DNA of 64,000 bases, taken from contig JBBRPR010000020.1 of assembly GCA_038227875.1 (NCBI GenBank), forward strand, positions 1-64,000, given 5' to 3'. The notes beneath the pieces were generated by a model. It worked only from the letters and a program-made list of their open reading frames with translations. It made no database searches and was not told the DNA's origin. Position numbers and translations under genes: made by a program. Source of the DNA: Planctomycetota bacterium (GTDB lineage: Bacteria > Planctomycetota > SZUA-567 > H5-PLA8). This document shows, piece by piece, positions 54,467 to 62,763 of this stretch (positions within the stretch are counted from its first letter, which is position 1; every line of letters starts with the position of its first letter).

Positions 54467-56677
54467 GTGAACTTCCGCGCTCGATTTGCTGCCTGCATGC
54501 TGGCGGTCGCAATGATCGCCTCCGCCGCTCTTGCCGCCGATGCTCCCTCGAAGCGCTATGCCGGCCGAACGCTGGAAAGTGCATTGGAAGACCTGCGTAG
54601 CCAGGGCGTGAAGTTGATTTATAGCTCGGCGCTGGTCACGCCGGAGATGAAAGTCGCCGCCGAACCCGAAGGCAAGACGCCGCGTGAACTGCTGGAAAAA
54701 ATGGTCGAAGCGAGCGGCTTGCACGTCGCCGCCGGACCCAACGACACGCTCGTCGTCGTCAAGGACCTCCCGACGCAGACCGCCGGTGTGTCGAATGTCG
54801 GCGTGGTCAGCTTCGTCAAAATTGTATCCGACAAAATCGAAGACGTTTCCAGCATGGACGCGTGGAAGAAATCGTTCATCAAAGATGGCATGACCGACGA
54901 GCAGAAAGCATTGGCGGTATGGCAGACGGTGGTGAAGTTCCGACACCAGACGTCTCCGCCCAATGAATTCCTGGGCGAGGGCAATGTTCACGACCCGATC
55001 AAGACATTCAACGTCTACGGTTATGGCATGTGCTGCTGCGCGTCGTCGAACATCGAGGCGCTGGCGCGCTACGCCGGACTGAAGGCGCAGGGCCGCGGGC
55101 TCAGCGGACATAGTGTCCCGGAAGTTTTCTGGGACGGCGCGTGGCATCTGCTCGACGGATCATTGATCACGTATTTTCCGAAGCCCGATAAAAAAATCGC
55201 GAGCGTCGACGAGATCGTCGAGAGCATTGCCGACTGGTTCACGAAAAATCCCGGCATGAAAGGCAAAGACGCCAAGGAACTGATGGCGTTCATGCGCGGC
55301 CAGGGGTGGAAGAAGGGACCGGTCGTCCTGTCTAATTGCCCCTTCTATGGTGAGAACGGTTGGCTTCCGGCGGCCACGCACGGCTGGTATTCGACGATCG
55401 GGGAATACGACGGCGCCAACAAATTCATCTATGAGTACACGTATTCGCAGGGCTATCAGGTGAACGTTCAATTGCGAGAAGGCGAGAAGCTGACGCGCAA
55501 TTGGTTCAATAAGGGACTCCACATCAATCAGGAAGGCGATTCGCCCATCAACGAAAAAGTCGGCGAAGGCGATATGAAGTACGCCGTGGAGTACGGCGAT
55601 CTTGCGCCCGGACGCATTGGCAACGGTTCTCTGGAATATGACCTGCCGCTGGCTTCCGGGGCTTATCAAACGGCAGCATTGGTCGCGGAAAATCTCGTCA
55701 GCAAATCCGAGGCGCGCGCCGGTCCGGCGGTACAAGTGAAGGACGCCGCAAAGCCGGGCGTGCTGGTCGTCCGCATGCCCAGCAGCTACGTTTTTCTCGG
55801 TGGCGCGCTGAGCTACAACGCGGTCGTGGGGCAGGGCGGGGAAGTGACCGTCTCCTTCTCCGACAACAACGGACTGGCGTGGACGGAAGTGTCCAAAGCT
55901 GGCGTCTCAGGTCCGATGAGCGTGGAGCTGAAGCCGAGGATTCTGCGCCGCTACGATTACCGCCTGAAGTTCGAACTAAAAGGCAGCGGTACGGGACTCG
56001 ATGCCGTGAAGATCGTCAACGATATCCAGAACTCCCAGCGCGCCCTGCCGGCCCTGGCTCAAGGAAAGAACACGATCACCTTCAGTGCCGGCGCAGCAGA
56101 AGGCACGATCACCGTCGAGCCGAATCTGAACTACGAGCACAAAGACAAGAATGTTTTCGTCACGGATTTCACCAAGAACATGACGGGATTCAATCCGACC
56201 GATTTTTTCATGGCCGGCGCCAAAGCGCAGATCACCTTTCCAGTTGAAACGCCGGGTGAGATGACGCGCATCCGCATGGGTTGCCAATACCGCGCGCGCA
56301 GCGTGAGCGAAGGTTGGGATTTTCAGGTCTCATTCGACGACGGCAAGACGTTCAGGACCATCGACAAGGCCGAAGGCCCGGTCGCCGGCTTCTGCAAGTA
56401 CACGACCTTCGCCGAGATCCCGCCCGGGACAAAGAGTGCCCTGATCCGCTATTCCGGAACGCAGAACAACACCTGCGGCCTGTTCGGCGTCACGATTAAC
56501 GCCGACTACAAGGAACCGCACGGCGGCTTCCGGCCCGTGAAGGTCACGTATGTCTGGGAAGAGAACGGCGCCGAGAAAAAGGATGTACACGTCGCCACGA
56601 AAGAAAACGAAACATACACGATCGATTGTGCAACCAAGCCAACGATGAAATCCTTGATCGTCGAATTGGCGAACTAA
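54467..56677 (+). CDS. Secreted protein: STN-like N-terminal domain fused to transglutaminase-like and beta-sandwich domains
   Basis: AAGGAG SD, signal peptide; GRTLESALEDLRSQGVKLIYSS...LLEKMVEASGL; GYGMCCCAS, GHSVPEVFWDGAWHLLD. Confidence 0.8.
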   Translation: MNFRARFAACMLAVAMIASAALAADAPSKRYAGRTLESALEDLRSQGVKLIYSSALVTPEMKVAAEPEGKTPRELLEKMVEASGLHVAAGPNDTLVVVKDLPTQTAGVSNVGVVSFVKIVSDKIEDVSSMDAWKKSFIKDGMTDEQKALAVWQTVVKFRHQTSPPNEFLGEGNVHDPIKTFNVYGYGMCCCASSNIEALARYAGLKAQGRGLSGHSVPEVFWDGAWHLLDGSLITYFPKPDKKIASVDEIVESIADWFTKNPGMKGKDAKELMAFMRGQGWKKGPVVLSNCPFYGENGWLPAATHGWYSTIGEYDGANKFIYEYTYSQGYQVNVQLREGEKLTRNWFNKGLHINQEGDSPINEKVGEGDMKYAVEYGDLAPGRIGNGSLEYDLPLASGAYQTAALVAENLVSKSEARAGPAVQVKDAAKPGVLVVRMPSSYVFLGGALSYNAVVGQGGEVTVSFSDNNGLAWTEVSKAGVSGPMSVELKPRILRRYDYRLKFELKGSGTGLDAVKIVNDIQNSQRALPALAQGKNTITFSAGAAEGTITVEPNLNYEHKDKNVFVTDFTKNMTGFNPTDFFMAGAKAQITFPVETPGEMTRIRMGCQYRARSVSEGWDFQVSFDDGKTFRTIDKAEGPVAGFCKYTTFAEIPPGTKSALIRYSGTQNNTCGLFGVTINADYKEPHGGFRPVKVTYVWEENGAEKKDVHVATKENETYTIDCATKPTMKSLIVELAN

Positions 56678-56683
56678 TCCGAC

Positions 56684-58879
56684 CTACTTCAGAAAGTCCG
56701 GCATATACCCGTCGCTCTTGCCGCCCTGATCTTCCATCTGCTTCTTCCGTTCGCGTTCCTTGCGTGCGGCTTCTTCCTTGCGAAGTTGCTTGTACGAGCC
56801 GCTCGGGATGCGGTCTTCCAGCGGCGTGCCGTCGTCGCGTCTGCCTTTTCCGGCGACGACGATGATCGCCGGTTCGGTCATGAACTTTTCCTGCTCGACG
56901 TTGATGTGATTGCAGCGCGTCTGGCAGAGCCCGCAGCCGACGCATTTATCGTGAACGACAACCGGCGCGAGGAAGCCGGTGCCGTCGATCGGAATTCCCT
57001 GCTCGTCGACTTCGGCGCGGACGCGGTTGAATTCGATCGCGTTGTATCCGGCGGCGGTGCATTCATCGACGCAGAGCTGGCAGGCCTGTTTGCCGGCGAT
57101 GGGCAGGCAAGTCTGCATGTTCAAAATCGCGAGGCCCAGTCGCGCTTCACGTTTTTCGACCAGCGGAATCGCGCGGATCGCACCCGTCGGACAGACCTGG
57201 CCGCAATTGTTGCAGCTCGTCTCGCAGCCCGCGAAATTCGGGTTGATCTCCGGCGTCCACAATCCTTCCAGTCCTTGTTTGAAGCCGACCGGTTGCAGCA
57301 CTTTACTTGGGCAGGCCTTGAAACATTCGCCGCAGCGAATGCAGGCCTCAAGGAACTGTGCCTCCGGCAAACTTCCCGGCGGACGAACCGGCACGGGTCG
57401 CGACGGATCGTCGATCCCCGCGCCAAACGCGTTGCGCATCCCGAAGACCGTCAGCAGCGAGACGCCGGTTCCTGCCAGAAAGCCGCGTCGATTCAGCGCC
57501 ACTTCGCTCACGGGCGGATCGTTGACGGGTTTGAGGTCGGAGATGTTCCAGCGTTCTACAAATTTGATCGCGTGGGTCGGGCAGACACCGCCGCAGGATT
57601 GGCAGAGCGTGCAATCGGCCGTCCGCGTAGTGAAGTCGGCCTTGATTGCGTCGAAGGGGCAGATCTCTACGCATTTGTTGCAATGAATACAGCTCGATTC
57701 CACTTTCCGTTCGGAGACGCGGAAGAGATTGAAGACGGAGAAGACGGCGCCCGACGGACAGACATAGCGGCACCAGAATCGCTTCCGCAACAAACCGAGC
57801 CCGAGTACGGCAAGAAACAACACGATCGAAACAATTTGCCCGAAGTTGATCGCGGGGACCTGGTGCCAGCCGCGCATAAAGCCCAATTGGAAGGGCTCTA
57901 GGATGTAGAGCATGCCGCGCGTGATCACGGGAATCGCAGCGACGAAGCCGGAGAGCAGCACGCCGCAGAGTGCCGAGACGATCACGCCGGTGAGGATGTA
58001 ATACTTGAGGTGGACCCACCAGCCTTCGCCTTTGACTTTGAAGACGTTGACGCGCTTGCCGATCGCCCAGTCGAAGACGTCGATCAGTGTGCCGAGCGGA
58101 CAGAGGTAGCCGCAGAATCCGCGCGGGAAGATCAGGCAGACGGCGAGAATTCCCAGCGCCCAGCTCAGCGACCATTCCCACGTGCGCGAACAGATTGCCG
58201 TCGAGATGGAGACGAGCGGGTCGATGATCAGGAAGATCTCCGCCGGCACCTTCTCTTTGCGTTCGCGGTCGTCGGTGTAGTGAGAGATCCAGAGCTGCGC
58301 CTGCTCATCCGGATTGTGGACGATGGCGAGCACCAGGTCGGTCGGCGTGGTCTTCTCGGCCGTTGCGATTTCGCGGAGATCTCGGCCGACCCAATCGGGG
58401 TGCGGCCCGTACTTGCCGAGGATCACGTTGCCGCGCGCGCCGCGCCGCGCAAAGTCAGCGTCGATCTCCGCATGGATGCGCGTGGCATCGGCCGCGTCGT
58501 TCAGGCGGCCCAGCATCATGTCCTTGCCGCCGTCACGCGCCCACGCAGGCACGAACATCTGCTCCACGGTTGTACGCGCGTCAGGTTGTGCGTTGTAGGG
58601 CCAGCAGACATAGAAAAAGAGCACGAGGAAGAGCACGAAGCACACCGCTTGAACGCCGCGGCGCAACGGGGCCGATTGCGTAACCGGCCCAATCTTCTTG
58701 ATGGCGCGGCGGATCAGGCCGGGTTTGCCTTTGAGCGGATCGGAGAAGAACGCTGCGGGAAGAATCTTTTGCGCGGCGCGTTCAAACAAGCCAGGCGGCT
58801 TGGGTTCCGTGCCCTTTTTGGGGCGGCGAAGGAACGGGAGGAAGTGATTGAGATTCATGCGCATCCCACCCGGGTTCAC
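56684..58879 (-). CDS. Membrane polyferredoxin, NapH/MauN-NapG/MauM-like fusion
   Basis: FCGYLCP and WCRYVCP; several CxxCxxCxxxC(P) motifs; internal RRGFL; VRPPG; start may be 58864 or 58858. Confidence 0.9.
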   Translation of the reverse strand: MNPGGMRMNLNHFLPFLRRPKKGTEPKPPGLFERAAQKILPAAFFSDPLKGKPGLIRRAIKKIGPVTQSAPLRRGVQAVCFVLFLVLFFYVCWPYNAQPDARTTVEQMFVPAWARDGGKDMMLGRLNDAADATRIHAEIDADFARRGARGNVILGKYGPHPDWVGRDLREIATAEKTTPTDLVLAIVHNPDEQAQLWISHYTDDRERKEKVPAEIFLIIDPLVSISTAICSRTWEWSLSWALGILAVCLIFPRGFCGYLCPLGTLIDVFDWAIGKRVNVFKVKGEGWWVHLKYYILTGVIVSALCGVLLSGFVAAIPVITRGMLYILEPFQLGFMRGWHQVPAINFGQIVSIVLFLAVLGLGLLRKRFWCRYVCPSGAVFSVFNLFRVSERKVESSCIHCNKCVEICPFDAIKADFTTRTADCTLCQSCGGVCPTHAIKFVERWNISDLKPVNDPPVSEVALNRRGFLAGTGVSLLTVFGMRNAFGAGIDDPSRPVPVRPPGSLPEAQFLEACIRCGECFKACPSKVLQPVGFKQGLEGLWTPEINPNFAGCETSCNNCGQVCPTGAIRAIPLVEKREARLGLAILNMQTCLPIAGKQACQLCVDECTAAGYNAIEFNRVRAEVDEQGIPIDGTGFLAPVVVHDKCVGCGLCQTRCNHINVEQEKFMTEPAIIVVAGKGRRDDGTPLEDRIPSGSYKQLRKEEAARKERERKKQMEDQGGKSDGYMPDFLK

Positions 58880-58898
58880 TGCCGCTTAAAAGACTTCG

Positions 58899-59909
58899 TT
58901 ACTTTGCGTCCTTGGACTTCTCCGGCTTGCCCGCGACTGCTTTTGCAGCGCTGGCAAGGGTGAGACGCGCAACGCGGTTGGCTTGCTGCGCGACCCAGAT
59001 ATTTCCGTCTGGCCCCGTGCCAATACAGAACGGTTGGGAGTTCGGTGTCGGCAAGGCGATCTCCGTGATCTTGCCGTCGGGAGTAATGCGCGCGATTTTA
59101 CCCAGTTTGAATTCGCAGAAGTATACATTTCCATCCGTTCCGCTCGTAATTCCCAGCGGCTGGGCGTTGGCGGAGGGCAGGGGATACTCGGTGGCCTCAC
59201 CTTTCATGCTCAGGCGGCCGATGGCGTTGACCTTGTCGGCGGTGAACCAGATGTTGCCATCGGCGCCGAAGGCCAGTTCGCGGCCGCCATTCTTCACGGG
59301 GAACTCGGTGATCTTGCCCTCCGGCGTGATCTGCCCGATGTTCGGCTTGTCCCATTCCGTGAACCAGAGATTGCCATCCGGTCCAGCGACGATGCAGTAC
59401 GGCTTGCACGCGGCCGTCGGGATGGGAAATTCCGTGATCTCGCCCTTGGTCGTAATGCGCGCGATTTTGTTGCCGGCCATCTCGGTGAACCAGAGATTCT
59501 TGTCCGGCCCGGCCGTGATCTCGCGCGGCCAGCATACTGCGGTGGGGAGTTTGAACGCGCCGTTGAATTCTCCCGTGGGCGTCATGCGGCGGATCATGTT
59601 CTCATCGCGCGACGAGAAATAGAGATTGCCGTCGGAACCGGCCGCGATGCCTTGAAGCACGCCGGCTTCCTTGGCGGGAACGGCGAATTCAGTGAACTCA
59701 CCTTTCGGCGTGAGTTTGAGAATCTTGTGCTTCAACACTTCCGTTACCCACAGGTTGCCGTCGGGCCCAACCGTGAGCGCCTGCGGGCGATGGCCTTCCG
59801 TTGAGAGCGGAAATTCGACGATGTCGTCGCTGGCGCGCAACGCGGCGCTGAAAAGTACTGCGATAAGTGAGACCAGCACTGCCAGATGAATTTTCATTCG
59901 CATCTCCAA
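58899..59909 (-). CDS. Secreted Vgb (virginiamycin B lyase)-like beta-propeller protein
   Basis: Signal peptide; about 7 repeats of P..I..GPDGNLWFTE....I.RIT..G.ITE. Confidence 0.9.
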   Translation of the reverse strand: MEMRMKIHLAVLVSLIAVLFSAALRASDDIVEFPLSTEGHRPQALTVGPDGNLWVTEVLKHKILKLTPKGEFTEFAVPAKEAGVLQGIAAGSDGNLYFSSRDENMIRRMTPTGEFNGAFKLPTAVCWPREITAGPDKNLWFTEMAGNKIARITTKGEITEFPIPTAACKPYCIVAGPDGNLWFTEWDKPNIGQITPEGKITEFPVKNGGRELAFGADGNIWFTADKVNAIGRLSMKGEATEYPLPSANAQPLGITSGTDGNVYFCEFKLGKIARITPDGKITEIALPTPNSQPFCIGTGPDGNIWVAQQANRVARLTLASAAKAVAGKPEKSKDAK

Positions 59910-59921
59910 TTTGGAAGAAAT

Positions 59922-60995
59922 CTATTTCACGCCCGTCGAGAGCGCTTTGGCGCAGGCGTTGACGATGGCGTTCGACGTGACCGTGGCCGACGAATAGGTG
60001 TCGACTCCCTTGACCGTCTGCTTGTCGATGATTTTCTGGGGAATGACCGTCAGCGATGCGTAGCACTGATGTTCGGTCTGCTGGGTCACGACCACGCTGT
60101 CGATCTTGTGGCCCTTCGTTACGACGTCCACCGAGACATTGCCGGAGTAGCCCATGCTGGTTCCGGAATACTTGCCGTCGGCGATGCGCTTGAGGTCGAG
60201 CAGCTCGAAAAGTTTGATCGCGTCGATGGACGCGTGGGCCTGATCCTGATTCCATTTCAGGCGTCCGGCGGCGGTCTGCGTGTCTTTCTGGACGACTTTC
60301 AGCACCTTTTCGTAGAAGTCGATTGCTTCCTTGTAACGGCCCGCGAGTTTCAGGCAGTCGCCGGCGACAAAGTATCCGGCGTCCGGACAACTCATCGCCT
60401 TGCCTTCCGCCATTTTCAGCGCGGTGTCGATGTCGCCAATGTCGGCCCACAATTTAATCACGCCGCCCTGGCGGGTGTTGTCGTAGCCGACCTTGTCGAG
60501 AACTTCTTTGGCCATGTCCTTGTTGCCCAGCCGGAAGTAGCAGTCGGCGAGCAGTTCGTCGTTGGACTCCGCCTTGCGAAACCAGAACGCGGCGCGCGCG
60601 TAGTCGGCGAAAAAGTTGTGATAACATTCGCCCAGCGCGAACATGGTTCGTTTCAGTTTCTCGGGATCACTCTTATTGACATTCAAAACCTGGTGGAGCA
60701 GTTTCACGCCTTCTTTCCAGCGCGGCGGATTGGGATTGATCACCGTCCAGATAAATTCCTTCAGATCCTTCTGAGCGTTGCGGCCTTTCGGATCGCCCCA
60801 GGTTAAATCGAGCGTCTGCGGATAATTCGGCGTGACGGATGCGAACCAATCGGGCGGAGCCTGGCCGGCCTTCTGGATGATCGCGTCGATCTCCGCGCGG
60901 GTGTGCGAATTGGCGGCGGGTTGCGCCGGCTTGGCGGTTTCCGCGGCGGGCAGCGATGCAAGCATCAGCAGCAGCGCTACCGGCAGAATCTTCAT
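59922..60995 (-). CDS. TPR + FMN-binding domain protein (putative ApbE substrate)
   Basis: Signal peptide from ATG 60995; TPR helices; DGKYSGTSMGYSG..., VDTYSSATVTS. Confidence 0.88.
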   Translation of the reverse strand: MKILPVALLLMLASLPAAETAKPAQPAANSHTRAEIDAIIQKAGQAPPDWFASVTPNYPQTLDLTWGDPKGRNAQKDLKEFIWTVINPNPPRWKEGVKLLHQVLNVNKSDPEKLKRTMFALGECYHNFFADYARAAFWFRKAESNDELLADCYFRLGNKDMAKEVLDKVGYDNTRQGGVIKLWADIGDIDTALKMAEGKAMSCPDAGYFVAGDCLKLAGRYKEAIDFYEKVLKVVQKDTQTAAGRLKWNQDQAHASIDAIKLFELLDLKRIADGKYSGTSMGYSGNVSVDVVTKGHKIDSVVVTQQTEHQCYASLTVIPQKIIDKQTVKGVDTYSSATVTSNAIVNACAKALSTGVK

Positions 60996-61110
60996 GAGTC
61001 GAGCGCGAGAATTCACTGATATTACCCTCTCCGCAGGTCCGAATTTGGTTCGCACCAGAGAGTGGTTTGCGCACGTGAAAAGGGTGCGGCGATTTTCTCG
61101 AAATTGACGA

Positions 61111-62193
61111 CTATTTCATACCCGTGGCCAACGCCTTGGCGCAGGCGTTAATGATCGCTTCCGACGTGATGGTCGCCGAGGTGTACGTGTCGACGCCCTT
61201 GACGCCTTGTTTGAGGATGATCTGTTTCGGCGTCTCCGTCAGCGAGCCGTAGAACTGTTTTTCGGTGTGCTGCGTCACTTTCACGTCGTCGATTTTGGCG
61301 CCTTTAACGGAAAGTTCCACGGTGACCGGACCGGTGTAGCCGGTGCTGCTGCTGGTATATTTTCCGTCGGGAACGCGCTTGAGGTCGAGTGTGTCGAAGA
61401 CCTTGATCGCGTCGATGCTGGCCTGCGCGCGCGCTTTACTCTGCTTGAAATCGCGGCCTGCTTTGGACGGATCGCTGGTCAGGACTTTTTGGAAATACTT
61501 CAGCGCATCGGCGTAGCGGCCAGTCGTGCGGCAGGCTTCGCCGGCCATCAGCCAGGCAATGTCCGGCTTGTCGAAATCGGCTTTCACTTCCGCTTCCTTG
61601 ATTGCCTTGTCGAATTCGCCCAGATCCGCCCACAGCTTGATCAGCGAGCCGTGGCGCGTGTCGTCGTTGCCACAGCGGCCGAGGATTTCCTTGGCGTACG
61701 CGGGGCAACCGAGCTTCCAGTAACAGAACGCCAATTCTTCCGTGTCCGTATCGCCTTTCTTCTGCCACCAGTACGCGGCGCGGGCGTAATCGAAGAGGCA
61801 ATTGGCGTAGAGATGTGCCATCTGGCCCTGCATGTTGGCGACTTTCGCCGCGTCTTTCTCGTTCACGGCAATGACATGGGCGGCAAACTTCACGCCCTCT
61901 TTCCATTTGCCCGCGTTTTCGTTGATCACGCTCCAGAAATACTGACCGACATTCTTCTGCGGATCCCACGGCGCGCCCTTGGGTGGCGGGGTCAGGGTCA
62001 GATCCAACGTCTTTGGAAAATTCAGGGGCGTCGCCTCCCACCAATCCGGCGGCGTGGTGCCTTGCTTCTGGATAAGCGCGTCGACTTCGGGTTTGGTGCG
62101 TACCGGCGGAGCAGTCTCGCCTGCGTAAATCAGCCCGGTAGCGCCGAGCACCACAGCAATGAGCACGCACGTTGACGGTCCGAAATTTTGCAC
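61111..62193 (-). CDS. TPR + FMN-binding domain protein (paralog)
   Basis: GTG start after GGAG; TPR helices; DGKYTSSSTGYTG..., VDTYTSATITS. Confidence 0.88.
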   Translation of the reverse strand: MQNFGPSTCVLIAVVLGATGLIYAGETAPPVRTKPEVDALIQKQGTTPPDWWEATPLNFPKTLDLTLTPPPKGAPWDPQKNVGQYFWSVINENAGKWKEGVKFAAHVIAVNEKDAAKVANMQGQMAHLYANCLFDYARAAYWWQKKGDTDTEELAFCYWKLGCPAYAKEILGRCGNDDTRHGSLIKLWADLGEFDKAIKEAEVKADFDKPDIAWLMAGEACRTTGRYADALKYFQKVLTSDPSKAGRDFKQSKARAQASIDAIKVFDTLDLKRVPDGKYTSSSTGYTGPVTVELSVKGAKIDDVKVTQHTEKQFYGSLTETPKQIILKQGVKGVDTYTSATITSEAIINACAKALATGMK

Positions 62194-62220
62194 GTTGAAT
62201 CGTACTCCGTTGAGAATCGA

Positions 62221-62250
62221 TGACCTTGCCGCCAATGGGCGGCAAGGTCA
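62221..62250. terminator. Perfect 13-bp intercistronic hairpin
   Basis: TGACCTTGCCGCC-AATG-GGCGGCAAGGTCA. Confidence 0.6.
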
Positions 62251-62259
62251 ACTGCTGTG

Positions 62260-62628
62260 CTACTTTTTCTCTTTATGATCGCCACCGCCACCTTCGCCCT
62301 TCTTGGTGATCGTATTGGCGTGAATTGTGGGAACGTCGCCATCTTTCTTGATGCTGCCGGTCACTTGGAACGTGCCCTGGCCGACGAGGTCCTTCTCCGC
62401 TGCCGCGAGCTTCGCCTTGGTTTCGTCGCTCGCTTTTTCGCCGGCGACGATGGCGTGGCTTTCGCCGTTGGCGGACTTGAACGAGATCTTACCGTCACCG
62501 GACTTTTCGAATGTGCCAACCCACGTATGGGCCCCGCCGCTCTGCTTGTGCTCCTCTTCGGCTTTGGCCACCGTGGCCACGCAACAGGCGAACAGACAAA
62601 CGGCCGCAATATATAACCCGCGCTTCAT
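62260..62628 (-). CDS. Small secreted hypothetical protein (OB-fold-like)
   Basis: Strong SD AAGGAG, signal peptide ending ...AKA, FQVTGSI strand motif. Confidence 0.75.
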   Translation of the reverse strand: MKRGLYIAAVCLFACCVATVAKAEEEHKQSGGAHTWVGTFEKSGDGKISFKSANGESHAIVAGEKASDETKAKLAAAEKDLVGQGTFQVTGSIKKDGDVPTIHANTITKKGEGGGGDHKEKK

Positions 62629-62726
62629 GTAACGCTCCTTTTCCTCCTCCACATGGCAACACGCCACCCTCACATGAGGGAAGTGCCCCATGCCGATGTG
62701 CTGAACTCAATTCGATCGTGCCACTA

Positions 62727-62754
62727 GACCTTTGTGCCTTTGGGCACAAAGGTC
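62727..62754. terminator. Hairpin downstream of apbE
   Basis: GACCTTTGTGCC-TTTG-GGCACAAAGGTC, 12-bp stem. Confidence 0.55.
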
Positions 62755-62763
62755 AGGCTCACA

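Noticed and set aside
56684..58879. Nap or Mau respiratory operon
   Set aside because: No napA/napB or mauA/mauB genes in the window; only the ferredoxin architecture is shared
58899..59909. Streptogramin B resistance gene vgb
   Set aside because: Has a signal peptide, appears to lack the catalytic His motif, and sits in a redox operon
62629..62760. FMN riboswitch in the flavinylation operon
   Set aside because: The conserved RFN motifs (AGGGCGGGG.GAA.TCCC.ACC) are not present
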